NCBI GenBank assembly: GCA_964554565.1
Contig: CAZKPC010000005.1
Span: 6,829-67,015, forward strand
DNA: 60,187 nucleotides
Direction: 5' to 3'
Source of the DNA: an uncultured Halobacteriales archaeon
GTDB lineage: Archaea > Halobacteriota > Halobacteria > Halobacteriales > Hikarchaeaceae
Part shown: in pieces, positions 37,522-48,114 of the stretch
How the letters are laid out: every line of letters starts with the position of its first letter
Position numbering within the stretch: position 1 is the stretch's first letter
Made by a program: the position numbers and the translations under genes
Notes under the pieces: generated by a model
Databases searched by the model: none
What the model was told of the DNA's origin: nothing
What the model saw: the letters and a program-made list of their open reading frames with translations, nothing else

Positions 37522-38667
37522 ATGGCTCGCCGCGCGAGTGCCGACCTCCCGCTGCACTCCGGGTCCGCACCCCGGTGGCTTTTCGACCGCATGGTCGATC
37601 TCGCCGGCGCCATCACTGACGTCCTGATCGACGAGTACGGCCAGGCCGAGCTCCTCCGGCGGCTCGCTGATCCGTACTGGTTCCAAGCTTTCGGCTGTGT
37701 CCTTGGCTTCGACTGGCACTCCTCGGGCGTCACGACGACCACTATGGGGGCGCTCAAGGAGGCCATCGACCCGGCCGCCTCCGGCCTCGCCGTCGTTGGC
37801 GGGAAGGGGGCGACCTCCCGGGAGACGCCCGACGAGATCGATACCACGCCGGTCGATCTCTCGGCCGGCACTCGAGACCGGCTCAAGCGTACCTCTCGGC
37901 TGAGTGCGGCTGTCGACAACGGCTGCGTGCAGGATTCCTACACCCTGTACCACCACACGATGGCGGTCACCGAAGCGGGCGACTGGTGTGTCGTCCAGCA
38001 GGGCATGAACGACGCGACCGCACGGCGCTATCATTGGGTGTCGGACGGCCTCGAGAGCTTCGTCGAAGAGCCTCAGGCTGCAATTTGTGCGCAGAAAGAA
38101 GCCGCCGAACCCCTCGACTTGACGGCCGAGGAATCAGCGGAAACGCGGGCGCTATCGGTCGACCTCGTCCAGGACGATCCCGTCCACCTCAAGAACGAGC
38201 TCCAGGGCCAACACTCGCTCGCAGACTTCGCCGCCGGCGGATCCCGCCCAAGGGAGGCTCGGTTAGCGGACACGCTGGCCGGGCTTGATACGGCGCCGGC
38301 GCTCGATATGCCCGACCACCACGAACTCCGGGCGGCCGATCTCTCCGAGCGCGCGCTCGACCAGCTCCAGCGGGCCTACGAGTACCAGCCGGAGGACTTC
38401 GAGTCGCTCGTGGCGCTCGACGGTATCGGCCCGGGGTCGATACGAGCGCTCGCGTTGATCGCGGAACTGGTCTACGACGCCGAGAGCTCCCGGGAGGACC
38501 CGGCCAAGTACGCGTACGCCCACGGGGGCAAGGACGGCACGCCCCACCCGGTCGACCGGGAGCGGTACGACCGTTCCATCGAGTATCTCCGCGCGACGGT
38601 CGAGGGCGCCGAGCTCGACCGCGAGACCAAGCAGGCCTCGTTGAAACGGCTGGCGGAGCTCGGGTGA
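37522..38667 (+). CDS. DUF763-domain protein
   Basis: ADLPLHSGSAPRWL, WFQAFGCVLGFDWHSSGVTT, VVQQGMN..ARRYHW, DPAKYAYAHGGKDG. Confidence 0.88.
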   Translation: MARRASADLPLHSGSAPRWLFDRMVDLAGAITDVLIDEYGQAELLRRLADPYWFQAFGCVLGFDWHSSGVTTTTMGALKEAIDPAASGLAVVGGKGATSRETPDEIDTTPVDLSAGTRDRLKRTSRLSAAVDNGCVQDSYTLYHHTMAVTEAGDWCVVQQGMNDATARRYHWVSDGLESFVEEPQAAICAQKEAAEPLDLTAEESAETRALSVDLVQDDPVHLKNELQGQHSLADFAAGGSRPREARLADTLAGLDTAPALDMPDHHELRAADLSERALDQLQRAYEYQPEDFESLVALDGIGPGSIRALALIAELVYDAESSREDPAKYAYAHGGKDGTPHPVDRERYDRSIEYLRATVEGAELDRETKQASLKRLAELG

Positions 38668-38710
38668 GGGATCGAAGGGCTCTCACCTCCAGGCCCTGAA
38701 GGCCGCGTGA

Positions 38711-39529
38711 ATGGAGTACGTGACCCGAGCCGGCGCTGAGGTACCCGCCATCGGCTTGGGAACCTGGCAGCTCGACGATACGACGGCGCATCGGGCGGTG
38801 TCGAGCGCGCTCGAACTGGGGTGTCGGCACATCGACACGGCCCAGGCGTACGGGAACGAAGCGGCCGTGGGGCGGGCCGTTCGCGAAGCCGATGTCGCGC
38901 GCGAGAACGTCTTTCTCACGACCAAAGTGCACCCGACGAACCGATCAGTGGAGAGCATCGTCGACTCCGTCGAAGCCAGTCTCGATCGGTTCGGCCTCGA
39001 TCAGGTCGACCTCGTTCTCATTCACTGGCCCCACCCGTTGGCGGAGCTGGAAACGGTGATGGCGGGCCTGGACGCCGTCGTGGAGCGGGGGTGGAGTCGG
39101 TTCCTGGGGGTGAGCAATTTCGGCCGAGACCGGCTCGACCGGGCCCGGCAGCTCTCGGCCGCGCCGGTCCTCACCGACCAGGTGCTCTTCCATCCCTGGT
39201 GGCCCCAGCGGGAGCTCCTCGAGTACTGCCAGGCCGAGGACGTGGTCCTCACGGCCTACAGCCCGCTGGCGAACGGCGGCGCGATCGGCGATCCCGTATT
39301 GACCGAGATCGGGGCCCGGTACGGCAAGTCGGCGGCGCAGGTGGCGCTCCGCTGGGCGATCGAGCACGAGGGCGTCGTCGCGATCCCGAAATCGAGCTCC
39401 CGGGACCATATTGCGGCCAACGTCGACGTCTTCGACTTCGAGCTCACGGCCGCCGAACGCGAGCGGATCACGCGACCGTCCTATCTGAAAACCGGCTGGA
39501 TGTCGCTGCGGGGCTTGCTCGGCGTGTGA
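38711..39529 (+). CDS. Aldo/keto reductase
   Basis: IGLGTWQ, IDTAQAYGNE, TTK, LIHWP, GVSNF, AYSPL, IPKSS. Confidence 0.95.
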   Translation: MEYVTRAGAEVPAIGLGTWQLDDTTAHRAVSSALELGCRHIDTAQAYGNEAAVGRAVREADVARENVFLTTKVHPTNRSVESIVDSVEASLDRFGLDQVDLVLIHWPHPLAELETVMAGLDAVVERGWSRFLGVSNFGRDRLDRARQLSAAPVLTDQVLFHPWWPQRELLEYCQAEDVVLTAYSPLANGGAIGDPVLTEIGARYGKSAAQVALRWAIEHEGVVAIPKSSSRDHIAANVDVFDFELTAAERERITRPSYLKTGWMSLRGLLGV

Positions 39530-39543
39530 TCCGGGCTGGCCAT

Positions 39544-40809
39544 TCAGCTCCGGCCCGCCGACCCGACCTTGTAGAGACTGCCGGTCGGGCCCTCGCCGGT
39601 TCGTAGATAGTTCCGGGAGGCCCGGTCGGTGAAGTAGACGGCGCCGTCGACGACCAGGGGCGTGCTCGTCACCCGGCCGTTAGCGGCGACGCTCCAGCGT
39701 TCCTCCCCGGAATCCTTCCGGACAGCGTAACACCGGCCGTCGTAAGACCCGACGAGCACGTGGTCCCGAGTCACGGTCGGGCAGCCGATCAGCGACCCGT
39801 CGGTCCCGAACCGCCATCGAACCTCGCCGGTCTCCAGCTCGAGGGCGTAGAGGCGGTTGTCGTGGCTGCCGACGTAGACGGTGTCCGTCGCCGGCTCGAC
39901 CGACGGCCCGGTCATCACGAGCCCGTCCATGTCCACGGCCCATTCCTGCTGGCCGGTCTCCAGATCGACCCGGTAGGCGGTCCGGTCCCACGACCCGAAG
40001 AAAGCCGAGCCGTTGGCCGTGGCGATCGGCCCTTTGATCGGTCGCCCGGTGGGAAACGACCAGCGGAAGTCGAGCCCGGGATACGTCCAGCCGTAGAGGG
40101 TGCCGTCGTTCGCACCCACGACGAGCCGGCCGGCTGATGGGTCGATCGCACACGAGGAATGGGGGTGGTCGATCGGGCGGCGGTCGACCCAGTCTGTCCG
40201 TCCCGTCACGGGATCCAGCGCGAAGATCGCCCCGTCGGGGCCGATGTACTCGACGGCGATGTAGAGCGTCCCGTCGTGATAGGCGGGGCTCGAGCCGATC
40301 GCGTGGCCGAGGCGCCGTCGCCAGACACGTTCGCCGGTCTCGAGATCGAAGGCGTAGAACGCGCCGTCGTAGGCGCCGATGTAGACCGTGCCGTTCGCGA
40401 TCGCGGGCGTGCCGTGAATCCCCCGGCTCGCCGGTTCGACGCTCACCTGCCAGACGAGATCGCCATCGGTCGTGAGCCGGCGGAGATCGCCCGTGTCGCC
40501 TGGGACCACCAGGTCCCCGGCCGGCGTCGGGACCGGACTGGCTTTCGCCGCGGTGTGTTCGCCGGTGTTGATGCGGGGCACCACCCATTCGACCGCGGGG
40601 GTCCGCGGGATCGCCGCCTCTGGAAACACTCCGCGTCGCTGGGGACCGCCACGAAACTGCGTATCGGCCCGATCTGCCGCTGACCGGAGCCCATCGCCTG
40701 TTGGCGCCACCCCGACCGCCGTGGATCGGGAGAGACATCCCGCGGCCCCACTCGTGACTCCGAGGGCGACACCGGCTAGAAACGCCCGCCGGCTGGTTGG
40801 GCCGTCCAC
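39544..40809 (-). CDS. Tat lipoprotein with PQQ-like beta-propeller repeats
   Basis: SRRAFLAG Tat signal with AAGC lipobox; repeated VYxGSxDxxxYALDxETG..W units. Confidence 0.9.
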   Translation of the reverse strand: MDGPTSRRAFLAGVALGVTSGAAGCLSRSTAVGVAPTGDGLRSAADRADTQFRGGPQRRGVFPEAAIPRTPAVEWVVPRINTGEHTAAKASPVPTPAGDLVVPGDTGDLRRLTTDGDLVWQVSVEPASRGIHGTPAIANGTVYIGAYDGAFYAFDLETGERVWRRRLGHAIGSSPAYHDGTLYIAVEYIGPDGAIFALDPVTGRTDWVDRRPIDHPHSSCAIDPSAGRLVVGANDGTLYGWTYPGLDFRWSFPTGRPIKGPIATANGSAFFGSWDRTAYRVDLETGQQEWAVDMDGLVMTGPSVEPATDTVYVGSHDNRLYALELETGEVRWRFGTDGSLIGCPTVTRDHVLVGSYDGRCYAVRKDSGEERWSVAANGRVTSTPLVVDGAVYFTDRASRNYLRTGEGPTGSLYKVGSAGRS

Positions 40810-40896
40810 TACCTCTCCTCATTAGCTCGCGGGATTTCTCTGTTTGGGTCCGCAGCCGGCTGGCGGCCACTCGGCCATCCGCCTGGCTCTCTGTAG

Positions 40897-41484
40897 CTAG
40901 AGTTCGCCTTTCGTGCTGGGGGCGTCCGCGCGGCGCTCGTCGAGCTGGGTGGCGTCATCGAGCGCCCGGGCGCCCGCTTTGAACAGCGCCTCGACCTCGT
41001 GATGGGCGTCCTCGCCGGCGACTTCCACGTGTAGCGTCAGCCCGGCGTTCATCGCGAGGGACCGCCAGAAGTGTCGCGCGAGCCCGCTGTCCATTCCGCC
41101 GACCCGTTCCGCCGAAAACGCCCCGTCGAACCGGAAGAGCGGCCGACCGCTGATGTCCAACACGACCGTAGCCACCGCCTCGTCCATCGGGACACGCCGG
41201 TCCGCGTACCGGGTGATGCCGCGGCGATCACCGAGCGCGTCGTCCAGGGCCTCGCCAAGCACGATCCCCACGTCCTCAACGAGGTGGTGAGCATCGATCT
41301 CGAGGTCGCCGTCGGCGCGGACCGTGAGATCGAACAGGCCGTGGGCGGCCAGGGCGTCCAGCATGTGGTCGAAGAACCCGAGGCCGGTGTCGACGGTGGC
41401 GTCGCCCTCGCCATCGAGGTCGATCGTCACCTCGACCTCGGTCTCTGCGGTTCCCCGGGTCGCGGCGCCCGATCGGCTGGTCAT
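40897..41484 (-). CDS. hisB: Imidazoleglycerol-phosphate dehydratase
   Basis: [34 protein letters not shown]. Confidence 0.96.
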   Translation of the reverse strand: MTSRSGAATRGTAETEVEVTIDLDGEGDATVDTGLGFFDHMLDALAAHGLFDLTVRADGDLEIDAHHLVEDVGIVLGEALDDALGDRRGITRYADRRVPMDEAVATVVLDISGRPLFRFDGAFSAERVGGMDSGLARHFWRSLAMNAGLTLHVEVAGEDAHHEVEALFKAGARALDDATQLDERRADAPSTKGEL

Positions 41485-41594
41485 GGCCACGCTGTCGAGG
41501 CCGATCGCCTTGGCGGTTCCGCCGGCGTGTCGGCCCTGCGACCGCCGCCCGTCTGACAAACATCTAACTGGTTCGAGCTGAAACGCCAGGCCCG

Positions 41595-41750
41595 ATGTTG
41601 GCGCGTGCGGCGCTCGGCGGGTTCTCGCTCCTCGCGGGCTTCGCCATGCTGGGGAGCTCCCGGACCATCGCGCTCGGCATCGCGCTGCTCGCCTTCGGCC
41701 TCACCACGTTGGTGCTTCCCTCATCGTTGCGGGGCCCGCAGCGGAACTGA
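41595..41750 (+). CDS. Small 2-TM membrane micro-protein (51 aa; not in ORF track)
   Basis: [51 protein letters not shown] fills the hisA-hisB gap. Confidence 0.5.
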   Translation: MLARAALGGFSLLAGFAMLGSSRTIALGIALLAFGLTTLVLPSSLRGPQRN

Positions 41751-41752
41751 GG

Positions 41753-42484
41753 TCACCCGCTGGCATCAGCCGCTGCTTGGGCGGCTTCCAGGGTGAACCG
41801 TCCTTCGTACAGCGCTGACCCGACCACGACCGCATCGGCTCCGGTCGCCTTGAGGCTGACCACGTCGTCGATGGTCGCTACGCCGCCGCTCGCGATGACC
41901 GGGATATCGACCGCGTCAACCAACCGTTCCACTGGTGAGGTTCTGACCCCGGCGAGCTGTCCTTCCACATCGACATCGGTGAACAGCACGGCCGCCGCGC
42001 CCTGCTCGGCGAACCGTTCCGCGGCCGCCACGGGGTCAAGGCCGGTCCCCGCCGTCCACCCGCGCACGAGGACCTCGCCCTCGCTCGCGTCCAGACTCAC
42101 CACGACGCCCTCCGGATACGCGGCGGCGATGTCCGCGACGATGGCCGGGTTTTCGACCGCTGCGGTGCCGAGAATGACCCGATCGATCCCGCCACTGAGC
42201 AGGTCGAGGGCTTCCGCCGCGGTGCGGATCCCGCCGCCGAGTTGGAGATCGACGTCGACCGACCGGCGGATGGCATCGATCGCATCGGCGTTCGCCCGGT
42301 CGCCTTCGAAGGCGCCGTCCAGATCGACGAGGTGCAGGGTTTGTGCCCCGGCGCTGACCCACTCGCGGGCCGCGGTGACTGGATCCCCGTACTCCCGACC
42401 AGTGTCCCGTGCGCCGCCGACGAGTTGGACGACCTGGCCGTCCGAGATGTCGACGGCGGGGATCACCTCGAAGCCCGGGAACAT
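41753..42484 (-). CDS. hisA: ProFAR isomerase HisA
   Basis: [32 protein letters not shown]; ATG 42484. Confidence 0.95.
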   Translation of the reverse strand: MFPGFEVIPAVDISDGQVVQLVGGARDTGREYGDPVTAAREWVSAGAQTLHLVDLDGAFEGDRANADAIDAIRRSVDVDLQLGGGIRTAAEALDLLSGGIDRVILGTAAVENPAIVADIAAAYPEGVVVSLDASEGEVLVRGWTAGTGLDPVAAAERFAEQGAAAVLFTDVDVEGQLAGVRTSPVERLVDAVDIPVIASGGVATIDDVVSLKATGADAVVVGSALYEGRFTLEAAQAAADASG

Positions 42485-42617
42485 ACGCTGGAGTGGCCGG
42501 GTCAAGCCGAAAGGGTATCGGTTGGTGTGGGAACCGGCGTTCACCGGTTCACAGCTGGCCTTTGCCCATTGGTCGGAAAGGCAAGGTCTTAGGGCCCACG
42601 TATCGAACTGCGTGCCG

Positions 42618-43007
42618 ATGCCCACCGTAGAATATCTCAACTACGAAGTGTTGGACGATCACGGGTGGTCGATGGACGACGACGAACTCTTCGAGAAAGC
42701 CGCCGATGCGGGGCTGGACGATGAGGACTACGGCACCCTCGAGGTCAACAAGGGCGAGTACATCCTCGAGGCGGCCGAAGCACAAGGCTACGATTGGCCG
42801 TTCTCCTGTCGGGCCGGCGCGTGTGCGAACTGCGCGGCCATCCTGGAGGAAGGTGGGATCGATATGGACATGCAGCAGATCCTGTCGCAGGAAGAGGTGG
42901 ACGAGCGGAACGTCCGGCTGACCTGCATCGGGTCGCCGACGGAGGACGAGATCAAGATCGTCTACAACGCCAAGCACCTCGACTACCTCCAGAACCGCGT
43001 CATCTGA
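42618..43007 (+). CDS. fer: Halobacterial [2Fe-2S] ferredoxin Fer
   Basis: [10 protein letters not shown]...[13 protein letters not shown]...RLTCIG...LDYLQNRVI. Confidence 0.97.
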   Translation: MPTVEYLNYEVLDDHGWSMDDDELFEKAADAGLDDEDYGTLEVNKGEYILEAAEAQGYDWPFSCRAGACANCAAILEEGGIDMDMQQILSQEEVDERNVRLTCIGSPTEDEIKIVYNAKHLDYLQNRVI

Positions 43008-43494
43008 TTCCCGGTGCGGGTTCCTACTGCTCAGACTTCCCTTGATGCAGCGGTAGCTACCTTGACCTTCCACCGGATTTCAATGCCCGGAGTGGCTATA
43101 GGTACGATGTAGTGAGTAGCGGATCTGCCTTGATGGAGACCGTCGACGCCCAGGCGCTCTGACCGGTCCGCGTTCCGGACTGGATGTGGGGGACGACAGT
43201 GGCTCGGACTCGAGTGTTTCGTGAGGCCGGTAGGTGTCTTCGGATGGCCGAGTAGTCGCCAGGTTTCTCACCCGGATTCCATTTCCGAGACATGGTTCAT
43301 CTGGGCATAAATGTCCCAATACCCGTGGCCAGCGAGGCACCGGGATGATCTAAAAGGAGCCCGCTGCAAGACCGGTAAGGCGGTCCTTCATGGTGCTATC
43401 ACTTGTCATCTCGATCTGGAAGGTCTAACTGTCGATACCCAAGGGCATGCAATGACGTCAGGTTTATGATGTGATGGGTTGAAAACAGCGTGGA

Positions 43495-43974
43495 ATGTAC
43501 GAGAACATTCTGATTCCCACAGACGGGAGCGAGCAGGCGACGAACGCCGCGAAAGCGGGCCTCGCACTCGCGGCGGATCTGGGGGCCTCCGTCCATGCGT
43601 TGACCGTTCTCGGTGAGTTCGAAAGCCGGATCGTCCCAATCACCGGTGAACAGGACGAACTCCGCGAGGAACAGCACGAACATGGCGAAGAGATCGTCGG
43701 GGCGGTGGCTGAAGCCGCCGAGGAACTCGGAGTCGACTGCACGACGTCCGTTTCTCCCGGGGTTGTTCACACGGAGATCGAGTCCTACGTCGAGGAGCAC
43801 GATATCGATCTCATCGTGATGGGGTCCCGGGGGTTGACTAACGTCGAGAAGGCCCTCCTCGGCAGCACCGCGGACAAAGTCATTCGCACGCTCGAGATCC
43901 CGACGATGGTGGTCCATCAGACCCCGGACGCCTGGGTCGACATGGACCGGGACATCCACATCGCCGGGTGGTAG
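43495..43974 (+). CDS. Universal stress protein
   Basis: MYENILIPTDGS, DLIVMGSRG, LLGSTADKV. Confidence 0.93.
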   Translation: MYENILIPTDGSEQATNAAKAGLALAADLGASVHALTVLGEFESRIVPITGEQDELREEQHEHGEEIVGAVAEAAEELGVDCTTSVSPGVVHTEIESYVEEHDIDLIVMGSRGLTNVEKALLGSTADKVIRTLEIPTMVVHQTPDAWVDMDRDIHIAGW

Positions 43975-44293
43975 GTTTACCGGGCTGAGCTGACGGGATT
44001 AGGCGGTCCGGTCGGCAAGCTGCTAGCTTCCGAAATGTCGAGCCACCGCCGACTGCTTCCGGGTGAGGCGCGGGTCCGGCCCCGCGGTAAGAGGTCCGCG
44101 GGACCCCGCGTATACCTTCGATCGAACTTTCGGCGATTTCCGGTTTCCTTCGGGCGCCGAGGCCCGCAAATCGAAGCACCTGGCGAGAATGGCTGGCAGC
44201 GGGAGTCGGGGTGGCGGATAGGTTTAATGGCCGTTAGGGATGGTTCATTGATCGTCCTGGCGGCGATTGACTACTCCTCCAGCTCCTGCCCGG

Positions 44294-46027
44294 TCAGTCC
44301 GGTTCGGAACTCGTTTCGCCATGAGGCTCCGGTTCGGAGGATTCGTCGGTCGTACCTGCGGGCAATCGGAGCTCGACAACGGCTCCTCGTGGATCGTTCT
44401 CTCCGAAGGTGATCGTCCCACCGAGCTGCGAGATTCCCCATTCGACGAGCCAGAGGCCGAGCCCGCTGCCGTGCTCCAGCGGGGTTTCAGTGCCTTCATT
44501 GAGAGGCTTCAGCTCCTCGCCCGGGATGCCGGGGCCGTTGTCGCTGATACGGATCGATATCGGATGATCGGCCCCATCGACCACTTCGGCGACCACTGAA
44601 ACGCACGGTTCGGCGGCATCGTTGTGCCGACAGGCGTTCTCGATGAGTTCTCGAAGGACGGGGAACAGGATCCGTTTGTTCACGGTCGAGCCGGTTTCCG
44701 GTGTCCGCACGTCGAACCTGTAGGCCGCATGTTCGGCCGCGACATCGTTCACGGCTGATTCGACCACGCTGGTCAATTCGGCTGTAGCCCGCTCCCCCTC
44801 TTGGGCGACGATCTCCTCCACGTTGCGGGCCTTTCGACTGATGGCGAGGAGGTTCGAGACCGTGTCGTCGATCAGTCCAGCCTTCGCGCTTTCACCCGGG
44901 ATCTCTTCGTCGAGCTCGTCGGCGTACCCGAGCACGAGATTGAGGTCGTTCCGCAGGTTGTGGCGGAGCACCCGGTTCAACACCTGCAACCGTTGCTGTC
45001 GTTGGCGTTCGGCGGTGATGTCCTGCAGCGAGATCGTGTACCCGATCGAGTTCCCGCGGTCGCTGACGATCTCGGAGATCCCGACTGTATACTCGTTCCT
45101 CCGCCCGAACGGATCGCTCAAGGTGAAGTTCGTTTCCTCAGGGGGCAATCGGATCGGCAAGAAGTCAGAGACGTCCGACAACAGCAGCGATTCGGTATCT
45201 ATATCCAGCAGTTCTGCCGCTCGAGCGTTGAGGTTCACGATTTGTCCGTTCGTGGTGACACTGATCACCGCGACGGCAAGGTTTTCCAGAGCCGCCTGCT
45301 CGGCCTTGTGCCGGGTTGCCGGTACTACCTCGAACATGTCTTCCTGGAACAAGGCATAGGTCAGGAGACTGGCAATGGCGATGTGACCGATCGGCGTCAG
45401 ATCGAGGTGTCTCGTGGGTCCGAGTCGGAACAGCCAGACGACGTTGGCGATCGAGGGGATCGCGAGGGCGATGACCAGCGCGATGCCTTGCCGCCCGAAC
45501 AGCTCTCGCTGTCGCGCGATCGGGTCGATCAGCGACACGATGGCCAGCAGGATCACTAGGTAAGAAGCGCCGGCGACGACGTAGTAGCCATGCGGCGAGA
45601 AGTCGACCGCGGCTGCTCCGAGGATCGGACTGATCCGATAGCCGGTCCACATCAGGTGATGCAGCGGGTTCGTGACGGTGAGCAGGAACGCGATGCCGTA
45701 GAACGCGAAGAGGCCGTACATCCAGTTCGAGGTCGCGAGTCGCTCCCGCCCCGTATACTGGAGAGCAAAGGCGAGGATCAGCGGGATCGAAACCGATCGC
45801 CCGAAATTGATCGGGATCTCGAACCACCACCGAAGTATCGGGTCATGGACGGTCAGGGCGATGCCGTAGGAAATATCCCAGACGGCGACGCTGATCAGGA
45901 TCAACGTCCAGGTCGAGGCCCCGGGATAGCGCTCGAAAGGCCACCCTCGCCAGACGATATACAGCAGGATCAGCCCGGCTCCAGCTGCCAGGATAGCCGG
46001 CACTGAGACGTGAATACTGGTTACCAT
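44294..46027 (-). CDS. 7TM (HisKA_7TM)-PAS-histidine kinase
   Basis: TNPLHHLMW and LDLTP 7TM motifs; PAS (NARA); H-box RVLRHNLRN; N-box ELIENA; DNGPGI; HGSGLGLW. Confidence 0.9.
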   Translation of the reverse strand: MVTSIHVSVPAILAAGAGLILLYIVWRGWPFERYPGASTWTLILISVAVWDISYGIALTVHDPILRWWFEIPINFGRSVSIPLILAFALQYTGRERLATSNWMYGLFAFYGIAFLLTVTNPLHHLMWTGYRISPILGAAAVDFSPHGYYVVAGASYLVILLAIVSLIDPIARQRELFGRQGIALVIALAIPSIANVVWLFRLGPTRHLDLTPIGHIAIASLLTYALFQEDMFEVVPATRHKAEQAALENLAVAVISVTTNGQIVNLNARAAELLDIDTESLLLSDVSDFLPIRLPPEETNFTLSDPFGRRNEYTVGISEIVSDRGNSIGYTISLQDITAERQRQQRLQVLNRVLRHNLRNDLNLVLGYADELDEEIPGESAKAGLIDDTVSNLLAISRKARNVEEIVAQEGERATAELTSVVESAVNDVAAEHAAYRFDVRTPETGSTVNKRILFPVLRELIENACRHNDAAEPCVSVVAEVVDGADHPISIRISDNGPGIPGEELKPLNEGTETPLEHGSGLGLWLVEWGISQLGGTITFGENDPRGAVVELRLPAGTTDESSEPEPHGETSSEPD

Positions 46028-46459
46028 CCGTTACCTATGCCTGATTACAGTTCTCGGCGATCGTATGAGATTCGTTTATTCGTAATAAATTTGGAGGTCA
46101 TCTAGCTTCGAGCCGCAATAATTGGTTAATACGTGACCTGTCGACCATTCCGGCCTCCGCCGAACGGTCTCCCCTTGCCCACTCGCTGGATCCGGCATCG
46201 AATTTCGATGCCATTGGGAACCGCATGATAGTTCTCGGTATTAACCCCTGGGTTGTCGCTCGCTTCTCACTGACTCGCCTCGACTGGCTCCGACTGTCCA
46301 AATCCCGTGGGGCCGGATCGACCATCGCTCGACAGCGAGCTGCTGTCCCTCCTGGATCGTCAATGGGCTTAGCGGGCCGTTAGCTGTCAGGTTCGATCCG
46401 CGAGAGGCGCCGGTGTTCGGCCCCACAACCGTTAATCCCCGTCCCGGACAGACTGACCC

Positions 46460-47479
46460 GTGGTCGCCTCCGTTGCGTCCGGCCCGGATCTCCTGCGCCT
46501 GATTGCGATCCCGGTCCTGGGGTGGGCGGCCTGGCGGGATCACCAGATCCGCCGCGTCCCGTCAGGCCTCTGGTGGCCGCTGGTCGGTCTCGGAGCGGCC
46601 TTGCTCGTCTGGGAAGGAACGGTCGCGCTCTCGGATCCGGGGCCGGCCTGGCGGCTGTTCCTACTCCGAGCGGCCATCAGTCTCGGGGTACTCGGCCTGC
46701 TCGCGGTCGGGTTCTACCGATACGGACTCATGGGCGCGGCGGATGCCAAGGCGATCGCCACGTTAGCCGTCCTCTTTCCGACCTATCCGGCCTACACACT
46801 CGGCGGGGTCCTCCTGCCGCTGGTCCGCCCGCCGCTCGGGGTGTTCTCGCTGACGGTCCTGACGAACGCCGCGCTGCTGGGACTGCTGTACCCCGGTTGG
46901 CTGGCGATCCGAAACGTTCGGGCGGGGGAGCTCTCGATGCCGATCTTCTTCGCCCGGAGAGTTCACTGGACGGAGCTCCCGACGGTTCACGGACGGCTCG
47001 CGGAGACGCCCGATGGGTGGGCCATCGGCGGGCTCGATCTGGATGCCCTCCGGATGTACCTGCGGTGGCGAGAGGCCTCCCTGGTCGACCTCCGGAGCCG
47101 ACCCGCGGAGCTTCGCGATCCGGAGACCCTGCCGGCCGACCCGGGCGAGCCGACCGACGGGCGTCCTGATCCGACGGCCGCCATAGCGCCCGAAAGTGTA
47201 CCCGACGTGTCCGAACCGGTTCCCGAAGGCGGGAGCGACGATTCCACCGCGGCGGACGCCGATCCCTGGGGGGCCGAGGCGTTTCTCTCGAGCGTGGATT
47301 CGGCATACGGCGCCACGCCCCAGCAGCTCCGAGCGGGCCTGGAGTTCCTGTCCCGTGCGGAGAGGGTCTGGATCTCGCCCGGCCTCCCGTACCTCGTCCC
47401 CGTCTTCCTCGGCCTCCTCGTGGCCGTCGGGTTCGGCGATCTCCTCTACGCCGGCCTTCGAGCGGCCGGCCTTGTGTGA
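46460..47479 (+). CDS. pibD: A24 prepilin/prearchaellin peptidase
   Basis: AAWRD..RRV, GAADAKA (GxGD-like), VWISPGLPY C-terminal motif. Confidence 0.85.
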   Translation: MVASVASGPDLLRLIAIPVLGWAAWRDHQIRRVPSGLWWPLVGLGAALLVWEGTVALSDPGPAWRLFLLRAAISLGVLGLLAVGFYRYGLMGAADAKAIATLAVLFPTYPAYTLGGVLLPLVRPPLGVFSLTVLTNAALLGLLYPGWLAIRNVRAGELSMPIFFARRVHWTELPTVHGRLAETPDGWAIGGLDLDALRMYLRWREASLVDLRSRPAELRDPETLPADPGEPTDGRPDPTAAIAPESVPDVSEPVPEGGSDDSTAADADPWGAEAFLSSVDSAYGATPQQLRAGLEFLSRAERVWISPGLPYLVPVFLGLLVAVGFGDLLYAGLRAAGLV

Positions 47480-47734
47480 GAGGCCGCGCCGTTTTCCGGG
47501 TCTGACGGAGTTGAGGGATCACTGATCCGGCTCGGGCGCTCGATACATCTCCGCGAGGGGACTAGCCGGGATCCTGGCGCTCGAGTGGAACCCTCCTGAG
47601 TCCGCGGGCGGTTCCGGCCAAAGCCTGCTTGCGAGAACCGTTCCGGAGCCCCACAGGTCACAGCGGAGCCTCAGACGCGGGGCTGCACCACGGAACGCGA
47701 AACGCCTATCCACACCCCGACCCGACCGACACCC

Positions 47735-48106
47735 ATGTCAACTGACGGGGTGGATCTCGTTTTCGACGACGCCGGCCTGCTGCCGGCGATCGCGCAGGAC
47801 GCTGATACGGGGGAGGTGTTGATGCTCGCCCACGTCGATGCCGAGGCGCTCGATCGCACCCTCGAGACCGGCCTCGCTCACTATCGCTCCCGCAGTCGCG
47901 AGGAGCTGTGGCAGAAGGGTGAGACGAGCGGCCACGTGCAACGCGTCGAGGAAGTCCGCGTCGATTGTGACGGCGACGCCCTGCTCTATCTGGTCGATCA
48001 GGCCGGCGGGGCCTGCCATACCGGGTACCGGTCGTGTTTCCATCGTACCCTCGACGGTGAGACGATCGCCGAACCGGTGTTCGATCCGGACGAGGTCTAC
48101 AGCTGA
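47735..48106 (+). CDS. hisI: Phosphoribosyl-AMP cyclohydrolase
   Basis: [31 protein letters not shown]. Confidence 0.96.
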   Translation: MSTDGVDLVFDDAGLLPAIAQDADTGEVLMLAHVDAEALDRTLETGLAHYRSRSREELWQKGETSGHVQRVEEVRVDCDGDALLYLVDQAGGACHTGYRSCFHRTLDGETIAEPVFDPDEVYS

Positions 48107-48114
48107 GCCGCGAC

